In this document: piece after piece, positions 1 to 14,211 of the stretch
Layout: the number at the start of each line of letters is the position of its first letter
How positions within the stretch are numbered: position 1 is the first letter of the stretch
NCBI GenBank assembly: GCA_964016885.1
Contig: OZ024744.1
Coordinates: forward strand, 77,376,001-77,440,000
Direction of reading: 5' to 3'
From: Eledone cirrhosa
Lineage: Eukaryota
DNA length: 64,000 nucleotides
Made by a program: the position numbers and the translations under genes
Notes under the pieces: generated by a model
The model's database searches: none
Seen by the model: only the letters and a program-made list of their open reading frames with translations
Told to the model about the DNA's origin: nothing

Positions 1-188
1 TAAGAAACAACTTTGACTGACAGGTGGCAAATGAAAGGAACCAAATATACGACGGCCATGAGTGGCCAAAAATACCGATGACGTGTACAATTCTTGACCA
101 CTCATCGAAAGACAACAACAGGATTTAAGCTGCCGAGTGAAGGCAGCGAGTGTAAACGGACATTTGGAAACTCTGCTTCGTAGAATCG

Positions 189-285
189 AGACGTATCTGA
201 GGACCTTGCGATTTCAGAGTCAGGTTGGATCATTGCATCGATCGTGCTTCGAGCTGGTCGCCAGAGAAACGATTGTAATATGTCT
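189..285 (+). ncRNA. Type I hammerhead ribozyme with extended stem II
   Basis: Stem I AGACGTAT(189-196)/ATATGTCT(278-285); core CTGAGGA 197-203; ~60-nt irregular stem II closed by CTtGCGA...TCGCcAG; GAAA 266-269; short stem III ACGATTGT; cleavage triplet GTA 275-277; element ends in (TA)n. Confidence 0.65.
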
Positions 286-344
286 AATAAATCTTATTCG
301 TCGCACCACTGATTCTCCATTTCTTATGTGATATATATATATAG

Positions 345-453
345 GAACGAGTAGGACCCCGACGGCTGAGCTCAAGCCGTTTCGACGGCTAATTCTGGAC
401 CAGAATTAGCCGTCGAAACGGCTTGAGCTCAGCCGTCGGGGTCCTACTCGTTC
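345..453. repeat. Perfect palindrome (54-bp arms, 1-nt centre), probable inverted pLTR of a non-autonomous Penelope-like element
   Basis: 345-398 is the exact reverse complement of 400-453; the right arm continues to (TA)n at ~540 and contains GTCGAAACGG (HHR 3' half-like); related sequence at ~49295-49345. Confidence 0.85.
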
Positions 454-867
454 TTATTACCCACTCTACTACCCTAAGTATTGAGTACTTTGGTGCGTTA
501 TGGTCCATCTGGTTCCTTACCACATTTCCTTCGTTATATTATATATATATATATATGTTTGTGTATATATGTATATATATACATAGTAAGTCTCCAATTT
601 AAGTTACGTTCCAAGAGGCCATTTGTTAGTTAGTTGATTTGTCCATAAGTTGATCGTCTAACACTGTAGGTACCAGTAAGCCCATATATGTTACATTGAT
701 ACTGCACAGTTCCATATGAGTGATATATATCTAGAGAGGTATATATGACATGTAATATAGAGGTATATATGACATATAATATAGAGGTGTATATAACATA
801 TAATATAGTGGTTTATATAACATATAATATAGTGGTTTATATACAGTATATAGAAGAGGTATATATA

Positions 868-1047
868 ACATGTAATAGTTGTTTCTACTTTTGGCACAGT
901 ACATTACTGGTACTTTATTTTATCGACCCCTAAGGATGAAGCAAAGTGAACCTCGGCGGGATTCAAACTCAGACTATAAAGGGCCGTAACTCTAGGCTGC
1001 AAAGCATGGCGTCTGACCTTCTACCGATACTGCCAATTCCCCGCCCT
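868..1047 (-). mobile_element. tRNA-derived SINE (Nin/Deu-domain-like); representative of ~30-35 copies in the window
   Basis: Family consensus: A-box-like TGGCAGTATCGGTAG, B-box GAGTTCAAATCCC, core CCGAGGTTAACTTTGCCTTTCATCCTTACGGGGTCGATAAAATAAAGTACCAG, tail GGCCTTGTGCC..AAGTAGAAACAATTATT. Other copies at ~3990, 5635, 5830, 6660, 11360, 13645, 13845, 20370, 20778, 22320-22700, 28230, 28560, 28805, 35725, 36533-36865, 48368, 58445. Confidence 0.9.
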
Positions 1048-1314
1048 TCAATACTGTAAAGCTAATGACAATAAATTGGTAAAGAAAAAAAGTACTTTTT
1101 TCAATTCTGTGAAAGCAGAATGGTACTCCATACCAAAAATACGATTTCGGCTTGTTTTTATGCTGCAAAAGCAGGAACCCAGGGCCCGAAAGAGCCTACA
1201 AAAACGCAAATTTCAAACACAGACAATTTCTTTCTTTTTTTTTTTCTTTTTTCAATGACACTGTTCGTATTTGCGGAAGTTCGTAAGCAGGATGTTCGTA
1301 AGGTGGGAAACATA

Positions 1315-1382
<68 letters not shown>

Positions 1383-1389
<7 letters not shown>

Positions 1390-1490
1390 TAACAGATTAA
1401 AGTTTAAGCAAAGAATCGCTGAGTTTCAGAAGATCCCGTTAAGGGTGAAAGCACCGATTCTTTGCTTAATCTTTAATCTGTTATTTTAAT
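1383..1490. repeat. Inverted repeat (36-bp arms) enclosing a decayed hammerhead
   Basis: 1383-1418 is complementary to 1455-1490; the loop contains CAGAAGA-TCCC-gttaa-GGGT-GAAA-GCAC (core U4 mutated); the element is flanked by (TA)n on both sides. Confidence 0.7.
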
Positions 1491-1579
1491 AAATATTTGC
1501 TCTACGGTTCTTATATATTTGATATATATTTATCCTTATCGAGCCCTCTTTGGATTTTAGTCTTCAAATTTATTATTAT

Positions 1580-1629
<50 letters not shown>

Positions 1630-1874
1630 TTGATCTGTTATCGGAAGTTGTGTTTTGTTGTTCTTATTGTTGTTCTTGTGCACAAATAAATACATCTGTC
1701 AGGCTGATAGACAGATTGAGATAGGTATATAGGTAGATAGATAGACAGCTAAGGATAACAGTAGTTGACTACTTGTCAACACCGCGAGAGAAAGAAAGCA
1801 GGTAGGGAGGAAGATATCAAATAACTATTTTCTGTCAAAGGTTGCACAAAGTGGCTGTCATATGACCCTTGTAC

Positions 1875-1928
<54 letters not shown>

Positions 1929-1937
1929 ATAGAAAAA

Positions 1938-2208
1938 ACGAGGAAGTTTCGTTTACAAATAAAATATATTTATTGCGTATCGACCTGTTACGTACGTTTC
2001 GCAGAGGATTGGCTCAAGGTGATCCATAGGAGTTATGGACCCTACTCCAGTATCGAACTGCTCCTCAGACTGGTATCTTAAGGAGTAGATCGATACTGGA
2101 GTCGGGTCCATAACTCCTATGGGTCACCTTGAGCCAATCCTCTGCGAAACGTGCGTAACAACTCGATACGCAATAAATATATTTCCTATATAAACGAAAC
2201 TTTCTCGT
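1938..2208. mobile_element. Inverted-repeat PLE-like element (~128-bp arms) in (TA)n
   Basis: 1938-2065 vs 2081-2208 are near-perfect inverted arms; a third, solo copy lies at ~58765-58905. Confidence 0.8.
1984..2073 (-). ncRNA. Type I hammerhead ribozyme with extended stem II
   Basis: Minus strand reads CCAGT-CTGAGGA-GCAG...(CCATA/TATGG inner hairpin)...CTGC-GAAA-CGTACG-TA-ACAGG: intact core, palindromic stem III ACGTACGT, GTA triplet, stem I with one mismatch. Confidence 0.65.
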
Positions 2209-2254
2209 ATATATATATATACCTACACTCAATATGTATATATATATATAGTTT

Positions 2255-2560
2255 TGGAGGGGATTCGTCGGCCCAGAAACGTAATGGGAATTCAGAGCTG
2301 GTAGAGGCACCCTAGATATGATTTTTGACGTGGGACAGTTACAGAAGTACATAGAACACGATTCCCTCTTCATCGCGCTTTTGATGACCTAACCAAAGCT
2401 TTTGATATGGTAAATAAAAAAGCATTGTGGAAATAATGTCTGGAAAACTTGCCGTTCCTGTCTAAGTGTGTTGGTATCTGTGCAACTTCACAACAGAATA
2501 AAGGATTACTTCACTTCTAATGACGTTCTATCGGAACCGAAAAGTTTAGGATCATTAGGT
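2255..2560 (+). mobile_element. Decayed RTE/BovB-like LINE RT fragment
   Basis: Translates to FRAGRGTLDMIF..GQLQ...DLTKAFDMVNKKALWK with stops and frameshifts. Confidence 0.7.
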
Positions 2561-2644
2561 CCCATGTTCGATCACACTGTGCGATATCTTGGGCAAGTGA
2601 AATTGGGTAAAGGGAAATTCTCAGTACAATTTAAAAAAAAAAGT

Positions 2645-2922
2645 TTAAAGTCTGTCTCGAGCCCGAAGGCTCATCAGGCGAGTACTTATCCCGGTTTCCA
2701 TGGCGTAAAGCGACTGAGAGTACAAGACTTCCTCCTGGACAGGACACCAGTCCATTGCAGGGTTAAACCTCCACCTACTGCTGGTATTCATTTTCAGCTG
2801 AGTATATTGGAGCAACGGTAAATGAAATGTTTTGCTCAAGAACAGAACACACAAGCCAGTCCAGGAATCGAACCCACAATATTTTTATCGTAAGTCCAAC
2901 GCCCTTACCTCTAGGCCACGCG
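2645..2922 (-). mobile_element. Second tRNA-derived SINE family (CORE/V-like central motif)
   Basis: Minus strand: CGCGTGGCCTAGAGGTAAGG...GGGTTCGATTCC then TTCTTGAGCAAAACATTTCATT; related copies at ~11108-11200 (+) and ~59100-59250 (-). Confidence 0.65.
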
Positions 2923-3779
2923 AAATTAGGTAGACGGAAACTGTTTGGAAACTCGTCGGATGGATTGTACCTGTACTATGCTGAATCTCATTAAGGTACA
3001 CGCATTTATGAAATGCTCAGCAACACACACGTCAGTTTCACAGGAAGACTGTTCCATTGATCGAACAACTGAAATATTCATCGTCTAAACCAACTAAGGT
3101 CCATTCTATCTGCGCCAACATAGTTCTCTATATGTTTTGTTGCCGTAGCTATATGCTCTGAAAAATTCAAGACTCTTTTACTCTTTTACCCGTTCCAGCC
3201 ATCTGGCTGAAGCCATGCTGGGGCACCCAACAATGCTATATAGGAACAGCAATAAAAATTGAAGGAGGGGAAATGGGGTGATTAAAAACGCTTCGCTTTT
3301 ACCTGATTAGCATATCTCAGCTGCGCCCTGCGAACAAGACGGCAAAAACGTTGCTGCCGAGAACAGATAGCAATATCTCTTGTATCTGCCATTCCACATT
3401 GGTGGGAAGAGATTCTTCCTCAGCTAAGATATGTCCTCCTCTCAATTTTACGAATGAAAACGGCAGTCCTGGGACCGCAGCCACTGGTTATTTCTATGTC
3501 GAACAACTCCAAAGAAAAATGGTATTTGGTATATAGATATGCACTGGTTCTTTTCACCTCGTCAAATGACGAAAAATTAATTCTATCTAATCTATCTATA
3601 TTTGTTAGTTAAATAAAGATTAAAGTTTAAATAACGAAGAAGAAAAAAAGACAAAAAAAAAACGAAAGAAAGGAAGAAAAAGAAAAAAAGAATTTATGCA
3701 ACGAAAGAAAGGAAAATTTGGGCTGGAGCAACAGATTGTACACACCAAGCGCGAGCGGCATACTTCAACTACGTCCTGC

Positions 3780-3965
3780 AAACAAAATGGCGAATGCATT
3801 GCCGCGGAGAATAGCTAGCGACACTCGCTGCAGCATCCATTCTATCTCACAGGGCTCTTTACTCAGGAGAGCTGCAGAGAAAAACAGTAGTTTGGGAACC
3901 GAGGACACCTAAGCTCTCGATGGCGGCTGACAAGAAAAGGAAGCGATCGGTCAAGTCCTGGTATT
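3780..3965 (-). mobile_element. CRE-clade retrotransposon 3' (RLE) fragment
   Basis: Minus translation includes AIESLGVLG and EPCEIEWMLQRVSLAILRGNAFAIL; an older related fragment lies at ~3318-3488. Confidence 0.65.
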
Positions 3966-6149
3966 TTGATTATCATTACTTACAAGCCATGAGGGCGGTG
4001 TATTGGCAGTATCAGTGGAGGGTCGGACGCCATACTTTGCAGCATAGAGTTAAGGCCCTTTATGAGCTGAGTTCAAATCTCGCCGAGGTTAACTTTGCCT
4101 TTCATCCTTACGGGGTCAATAAAATGAAGTACCAGTCACGCACTGGGGTCGATATAATCGACTTTCCCCTCCCCCAAAATGACTGGCCTTGTGTCTATAT
4201 AAGAAACCATTACTTTCAAGCCATACATTGTCAATTTATAAGCATTTAAATGAAATATGATACGTTTTCCTTCGACTTGATTTTTTTTTCCAATTCGGCA
4301 TTCTCGCAATTCTTCCCATTTCGCCGTCCTCTTTATCCCTTTCGTTACCATATTTCTAATGAAATACACTGCCAATATCTATATATTAATTTTGAAAATA
4401 ATCAAGAATTTTGAGGAATTTAGTAAAATATCTAACATTTTTTCATAAGTAAGTTGATGTTTGGGACGATACTTAAAGAAATTTCTTACATTAAATTAAA
4501 ATCATGATGGAACTTTCCAACATAAGTAGGAACATTTTAAAATAGACATTATTATTTTTCTTTAGGGGGAGGGGGGGGAGCTATGTAGCTGGTCCCGCTA
4601 AAATAAACTCCCAGGCTATTTAGCCAGTAAAAGTGTCAGACACCATGAGTTGTGGCCCAAGTTAAGACAATTTAAATCTTTTTCACCCTCAATTGTTAAA
4701 AAAAGAGTTAAAATCATTTAGTCATCATCTTATAATTCTGCTTGTGTTTCGTTCATTCGTAACGTACGTTACATTAGTTACGTACACACACATCTACTGA
4801 GTTACATACACACACATCTGCTGAGTTACATACACACATATCTGCTGAGTTACATACACAAACATCTACCAAGCCCCATGGTTTAAGAATTTTAGCAGAA
4901 GTCACGGCCTGGGTTAAAGATAGTAGTCACTACCTGGGTTCTAAAACACTATTTATTATTTAGCTTCTGGGACCCTCAGCTAGAGTTGCATCCCTTTAGG
5001 GTTTACCAGTAAAAATAAACTTAAAAAGCATGTTTGTCTATTTTGCCGAGACCGGCTACGTAGCCTATTCCTTTTTTTTTTTCTTTTTTGTATTTTAAAG
5101 TTTCGGGCAGTTTAGTATTAAAACGATTAAATTAGATATTAGCAGAATAAAAATATGTATAAGGTAAATGGATATTTAAAAATGTAAAACGTTAATATTG
5201 GTAATGACGTTTGTAGGTCCCACTCCCAGACTGATGAGATTTGATGTGGTAATCACCCTGACGGAATATCTAATAGTCTGTCAATGTTTTCATGAAATCC
5301 GCAAGTAGTTAAAGGATTGCCGGATCGACCGTAATACTGGTGTATAGATTGGTGGTTTGTTGGATCCGGGATTATAAATCCTTGTTGCGACAATAATAAT
5401 AAGACAATAAACATTTCTTTTATGCCCATCTGAAATAATGAACTATATTGTTAAACATACTTAGTGTAATGACAGAAAACAAACAACAACAACAAATAAA
5501 CGCGTGCTAAACATACTTAGTGTAATGACAGAAAACAAACAAACAACAACAACAAATAAACACGTGTGATATGTTTAAAAATACAGCTGTAATCAAAAGT
5601 AAAACCATTAGCATTAATGATAATTATTATCAAAGGCGGTGGATTGGCAGTATCAGTAGAGTGTCGGATACCATGCTTAGCAGCAAAGAGTTACGGCCCT
5701 TATGAGTTCCAATCCTGCCGAGGTTAACTTTGCCTTTCATCCTTACCGGTTCGATAAAATAAAGCACATAAAATAATACACTGGGGTAATTGCTGGCCTT
5801 GTGCCACAAGTAGAAACAATTATTATCAAAGACGGTAGATTGACAGTATCGGTAGAGCGTCGGACAACATGCTTTGCGGCATAGAGTTACGGCCCTTTAC
5901 ATTCTGAGTTCAAATCCCACCGGGGTTAGCTTTGCCTTTCATCCTTACGGGGTCGATAAAATAAAGTACCAGTAATTCAATGGAATCGATTTATTCGATT
6001 TTTCCCCATCTCCAAAGTTGCTGGTCTTGTGCCTAAATCAGAAATCATTATCAAAGGCAACAGAGACAATTCCGAAATGCAGGTTGGATACTAATTAAAT
6101 GGAAGCACATATGGAGGAGTGTATTCGACTCTTTGCAAGTACGATGACA

Positions 6150-6192
6150 GCTCCAGACATGTTTCAGTCATATTAGACCTCCTTGGTGAAGC
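6150..6192 (-). ncRNA. Decayed hammerhead ribozyme
   Basis: GCTTCA-CCAAGGA(mutated CTGAGGA)-GGTCtaatatGACT-GAAA-CATG-TC-TGGAGC: the stems and palindromic ACATGT are retained but the core is mutated. Confidence 0.45.
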
Positions 6193-7760
6193 ATAATCTT
6201 AAGCACTTTCCAAATTCTGGAATGTCTTTGGGAAGACATAGGTATTTACTGACAAACAAACAAAAATTCTCTGTTTAGGCAATTGAAAATATTGACATGG
6301 AAATTTAATAAACGTTAATTCAAACTGCTTCATATTTTACATGAAGTTATGAGTTAACTGTACTGTGTGGTGCATTGTAACACTAATGGACATAACACTA
6401 ATGGACATAAAATACCATAAGAAAGATAATTATTTTTTTTTAAAGTGAAAACTTATATCTATAAAGATATATGTATATGTATGTTTAGTCCCGTAACTCC
6501 TGATAGAATTGTAAGGGCGTCATATTGACATACGGCGTTTCTAGGGCATTTTAACCTGGTGGAGCCTATCCCTCTCCAGGCCTGAGTATAGTAGATTTCT
6601 TCGAGAGAAAGAGAGAGAGAGTGCGTGAGAGAGAGAGATAGAGAGAGAGAGGGGGGGGGATCGATCCCTAGTACTAAACTGGTACTTTTTTTATCGACCT
6701 CGAAACGATGAAAGGCAAAGTTGACCTCGGTGGTATTTGAACTCAGAAAGCAGAGAACCGGAACTAATACCATAAAACATTCTATCTGACGTTCTAACGA
6801 CTCTGTCAATTCGCCGCCAATAAAGAGATATAAGGAAACATAAAAACACTGAGAACACTTAAATTCCAGTTAAAAAACCCGTCTTTTTTTTTTTAATCAA
6901 AAGGGTGATATGTTTCTGTGATTTCATTTATGTTCACCGCTAGGATTTACAGCACAAATGGTAATGCCGTGCAATGAGGTGTTCCAGCATGTGTAACACA
7001 AATTAAATAAGACTGTTACGAATGAGATTGTAAAGTCAATAATCAGCTGCAAATGGTATCACTCGAATTCGAAACATTGCTCCCCAGATCTACAAAAGAA
7101 AGCGAGGAAAAGCGAACAATAGATCACGTGACTAATTTGAAGCATGATGTACGTTTTTTGTATGTGTTTTTACTAGAGGTAGACTATTTAAACCGGTGGA
7201 GTTGCCAATGCAGGGAGTTGATGTGAAGTTGGTAGCGAGAGCAGTCGGTCTGATGTCAGCAGTGTAGTAAAGACAGAAGGTGTAAAATTGGTGATATGAA
7301 TAGATGGCGTGTACTTGGGTGGCGAAGAACAACATTACACAAGACATACAACCTGGTCCATCGATTTCTTCCTTTCTAAGTAGACTTGGGTAGTTGGGCA
7401 GGCTTGCGGTTTCCCAGCTGCTGATTTTGGGCTTTTGGAGCCGTGTTGCAGTTGGGGACCGCGTTTTGCAACAATACATATACGGTACAGCTTCACATAT
7501 GTAATACAGTGAAATGAAAAATTTAGAACGACTGAGGTTTTCAATGTATTTAGTAGACAAAATTTCCATGTAAGAGACTCGGGGGTCGACCCCGAGCAAG
7601 ATGGTTGTGGTTGGAGAACCTCCAAGAGCTTGGCTACTCTCGCTTGGAGATCCAGCCGGTTACTTTTGACAGGACCCGCTGAAAGGAGTGTTTGAGGACT
7701 CTTCCCCCATGACCTTCTCAGGAATAAGTGCGAAAAGATGATGATGTTTAAAATTTAATA

Positions 7761-8094
7761 CAGGGTTCCCCAACCTGGGTGATCTCACTCACAGATGGGT
7801 GATGGGCGATGAACAGAAATTGTGAGTGATTGGATATTTTGGTGAACGATATAGGATTTTGAGTATTAACAAGGTATTTCAACATAAGCTACCCGAAAAA
7901 GAAATATTAAAAAAAAAAGTTGTATGAAAAAAACAAACAAAACAAACAGGGGGCTAAATAGGCTAAAACGAACCATTAGCAAACTTTTACCAAATATTTT
8001 TGGTATGGTTTTGAATATTTGCTATACAGGCGGGTGGTGGGAAATGTTTCCGTATGAAAGTGGGTGATGACACAAAAAGGTTTGGGAACCCCTG
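7761..8094. mobile_element. hAT-type MITE
   Basis: TIRs CAGGGTTCCCCAACCT / AGGTTTGGGAACCCCTG; 8-bp TSD ATTTAATA/ATCTAATA. Confidence 0.75.
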
Positions 8095-8762
8095 ATCTAA
8101 TAGAAAGTAAGCTAACACATAACTTCAGATACATCAGTCAATCTAAACTTTCGGACAATATAGAAAATGTAAATCTGATCTTTAATGCCAAATGGTCAGA
8201 GCAACGATCAAGTTTCGGTGCTTTGGTGTTAAATGTTGTTCATCCCTAGCTAAATGGAGTGAAGTTGAGTGGCTATGTCAATGAGTGTGTGTTTATGCCT
8301 GTGGTGTTTACGTGTATATGTGCGAGTGTATTTATGTGTGTGCAAGAGCCTTGTTTCAGGGGGGTACCAGGGGAAAAGCCCCCCCCCCCACACACACACA
8401 CACTCTTTCTGGAATGGGGAACAAACCATTTTTTGTTTATTTGATATAATAAATTATTTTTAAGCTTATTTTTTTATATCTGAACTTCATTTGAATATAT
8501 AAAATTAATTACCGTAAAATTTTACTTATGTGATAGGGTCTGGGAAAGGCACCATAAGTAATTTATGCTCCTTTAAGAATCAACAAATGTTGGTTTGTCG
8601 TCCCCCATCCCTTTTTAAGGCAAACGAGGCCCCTGTGTGTGTGTGTGTGCGTATGTGTTTATGTAAAAACTTCCATACGTACATAAGCACACACGAACAT
8701 ACATTCACCTACGTATACAAATACACATATAAAGAGGAATTTACACATAAAGGGACCACACG

Positions 8763-8804
<42 letters not shown>

Positions 8805-9399
8805 CACACTCACATAGTCCCTCTACTCCACTCAGTTAGGGGTGAAGAGTATTTAACACCAAAGGAGGCGAATGCGTGAGAGCGAGAGAGAAACTAAATA
8901 ATAATTTTTTTTAAAAAAGGCAAAATAATTTTTTTTTTTTTTAAATAGGAAAATTTAACCCTATGTAAATTGGGTAGGGGTTAAGGATGGTGTGTAGGTA
9001 AGTAAAAGGAACCCCATGAAGAAAGTTCTAGGGAACACTTGAATGTGTGGAATGTAGCGCTTAAAGTAGTGTTTACGCTATGGAGTTACATCCTGTTTAT
9101 TTATCAGCGGTCAAACTATCTTTTACATACCGAAAAACATCCACTGAATAACCAACCACACTGTATTAGACACTGACCAGCTACTGTCCTACAACTGTCC
9201 TGTTATTGAACACTGTATCACAACCACCATTCTACCATTGTATAATGTACACAAATTTCCTACCACAGTACCGCCGCATTGAGCCATTATATTACCAAAG
9301 TACGCTGAACAAAACCACTGTTCTACTACAGCAGTCTTACCGCAGTGTATAACCAGTGTCGGTGATAGTATGATTTCTTAAATTTATAGTATATTTTAT

Positions 9400-9810
9400 T
9401 CCGGTGTGAGTGTATGTCTGTGAAACATATACATATATACACCAGGTCCGAACACAAAGGAACCAAACTCCCACTGTCTCTGCCTCCGTCTCACCAGCTC
9501 TTCACCATCTCTCACTATTATGACCAATTGGGGCCCCATGCGCTGACCACCCCGCTGCCCCGGTGGACAGACTAGAGAAGGCGTTTCCCTGGAGGATGAC
9601 GATGGAAACGTGTTGGAATGGAATAGCCATTCCAGCTCGAGAGGCTCACACATGCGGGTAGCCAACTCTGTGCCGAAGGTGGTGAGTAGGGAGGTCGCCC
9701 TTAGGGCCAGAAGTCTTCACTGTTACGGGTTCGACCGCAAACTTGCCAGAGAGCAATCGATATTTGGAGAGTTCACCCTCCTCGGCCCGAAGTGCAGTAG
9801 ATCCTGGGTT
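9400..9810 (-). mobile_element. CRE-clade 3' fragment
   Basis: PGSTALRAEEGELSKYRLLSGKFAVEPV and CEPLELEWLF, homologous to the copy at 37675-38330. Confidence 0.75.
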
Positions 9811-9944
9811 ACCACAGTATATAACCACTCTCCTACCAAATAGTCATGTTGCCACTGTATATAACTATATTTCTTATATTATTCAATATACAACCCCAGT
9901 CACGTATCAATCATGTTATGTCAGAGCATAACTACCTTTAATTA

Positions 9945-10560
9945 TTTAGTGTGGGTTGGCAGTATCGGTAGAGGGTCGGACGCCATGCTTTGCAGCAAAG
10001 AGTTACGACCCTTTATGGTCTCAGTTCAAATCCCGCCGAGGTTAACTTTGCCTTTTATTCTTACGAGGTCGATAAAATAAAGTACCAGTAATGTACTGGA
10101 TTAATTGTCGGCTTTGTGCCAAAAGTAGAAATAATTATTTAGTGTGGGTTGGCAGTATGGGTAGAGGGTCGGACGCCATTCTCTGCAACATAGAGTTATG
10201 GCCCTTTACAGTCTGAGTTCAAATCCCGCCGAGGTTAACTTTGCCTTTCATCCTTACGGGATCGATAAAATAAAGTACCAGTAATACACTGAGGTAATTG
10301 TTGGCCTTGTGCTGAAAGTAGAAACAATTATAATAATAAAAGCGTGTTGGTTTGGCATTATCGGTAGCGTTTCGGACGCCATGCTTTACAGCATAGAGTT
10401 ATGGTTCTTTACGTTCTGAGTTCAAATCCCGCCGAGGTTAACTCTGCTTTTCATCCTTACGGGGTCGATAAAATAAAGTCCCAGTAGTGCACTGGGGTCG
10501 ATTAAAATCGACAATCCCTTTCACAAAATTAATGGCCTTGTGCCTAAATCAGAAACCATT
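9945..10560 (+). mobile_element. Three head-to-tail SINE copies
   Basis: Three consecutive full-length SINE units; the first two are preceded by AATTATTTAGTGTGGG. Confidence 0.9.
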
Positions 10561-10789
10561 AATTAGCATACGCCTGCTTTTGCGCTTTATGCAAATGAGC
10601 TTCATTATTCTGTGTTTACAAGCATAAATACTACAAGGTTTTAGCCACTTTGAAAACGATTAACCACAACCGCCGCTATGGTGCTTTCGTTGTTAAAAAC
10701 CAGTAGTGAAATTCACTATTTCCACAATTCATGGCAAGGCTACAAAATGATTTGTTTTCATGAACATTTCGTATATTATTCAATACAGA

Positions 10790-11109
<320 letters not shown>

Positions 11110-11751
11110 GCGTGTGGCTGAGTGGTTAGAGAATTGGATTCGCAATCGATGCGTTATGTCCTTGAGCAAGACACTTTATTTCACGTTGCTCCTTCTACCT
11201 GGAATTGCGACCGATAGATAGTATTAGCAATTGGAAAGACCAACGGAAACATTGTTCCCTCGGTCCGATTTGACGAAAGTCGATCGTTCCTATATATATA
11301 TATATATATATACTCACTGTGTAATGTAAGTTATTATATATACTTAGTACATTAAGATAATTTTTTCTACTTTTGGCACAAGGCCAGCAATTATCCTTGT
11401 GTATTACTGGTACTTTATTTTATCGACCCCGTAAGGATGAAAGGCAAAGTTAACCTCGGCGGGATTTGAACTCAGTACATTAAGATAATGATGTTAAGAT
11501 AATGATGTTATTTATGTTAATATCAGTACGTGTGTTGTTTCAATTACCATTTCACAAATATCTCGAAACGATATTCACGATTGCTTTGTACAAATTCCAC
11601 TATCAGAACACAGAACATTTACTTCGTTCTTTGATGTTGTCTGTTCAGAGCTTTGGACATCAATGCTAATTTCAAATATGAGAGCCACTACACTGATTTA
11701 AGATCTCTTAACAATGGTACAAAGAATTACCAACATCGTTAGAGCGTAGAT

Positions 11752-13070
<1,319 letters not shown>

Positions 13071-13492
13071 GCATAGATAAAAATATCTTGCGATAATTTT
13101 TGTCCCTTTGTGATCTGAGTACAAATCCCATTAAGATTAACTTTGACCTTTCAGCCTTTCGGGGTCGATATAATAAAGTACTGATTCGGGACGATGGATT
13201 AGTTTAGATCGATTGTTAGAATGTCGTACGAAATGTTTTGCGGTATGTGTCCGACTCTTTGATGTGTGATTTGAAATTCCGCAGCGGCTACGTGGGTGGT
13301 AGACGTAATCCGTCTCCCGGATTAACATCGTCACCTGGACCTTGAATACTTTTAACAAAGCCCACCCTGCTTAGCATTGGGGGCCAAGTCTCAGATCTGA
13401 TGATGCCTTCCTCTCGCTCTTCAGTGTTGGTTTGGGGAACTCCTTTAAAAACAACATTGGTTGTGCCCTTTCTAGGTAAAATAAAATAGTTT

Positions 13493-13548
<56 letters not shown>

Positions 13549-14153
13549 ATAAAGTTGGAAATAACACGGGAGATATATTTAAGGGTCTGTTTTTCTTTTT
13601 TGATTCGTCAAAGTGACATTATTGAAAAGATTTTTAATAATATTAATAATTGTTTCTACTTTTGGCACAAAGCCAGCAATTATCTCCGTGTATTACTGGT
13701 ACTTTATTTTATCGACCCTGTAAGGATGAAAGGCAAAGTTAACCTCGGCAGGATTTGAACTCAGACCATAAAGGACCGTAACTGTTTGCTGCAAAGCATG
13801 GCGTCCGACCCTCTACCGATACTGCCAAATGTTATCTTTTCAATAATTGTTTCTACTTTAGGTACAAGGCCAGCAATTAACCAGTACATTACTGGTACTT
13901 TATTTTATCAACCCCGTAAGGATGAAAGGCAAAGTTAACCTCGGCGGGATTTGAACTCAGACTGTTAAGGGACGTAACTATGCTAGAACGCATGGTAATG
14001 TCACTTTGACGAATCAAAAAAAAAAAAAACAACAGACCCTTAAATATATCTTTCTCTCTATCCACTGTTTTGTATAGAATCCTTACTTCCCTATATAAGT
14101 GTGTGTGTGTATGTATATATAAATATATATATATATATATATAAATATACTTC

Positions 14154-14211
<58 letters not shown>

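Noticed and set aside
5231-5300. CTGATGAG motif (also CTGATGA at ~13397 and minus strand ~61490)
   Set aside because: No correctly placed stem II, GAAA and NTH.
7132-7625. 155-aa and 96-aa minus-strand ORFs
   Set aside because: They start inside an RTE fragment and have no recognisable domain or splice support.
9950-10040. tRNA genes
   Set aside because: The A/B boxes belong to SINE heads; no complete cloverleaf is seen.
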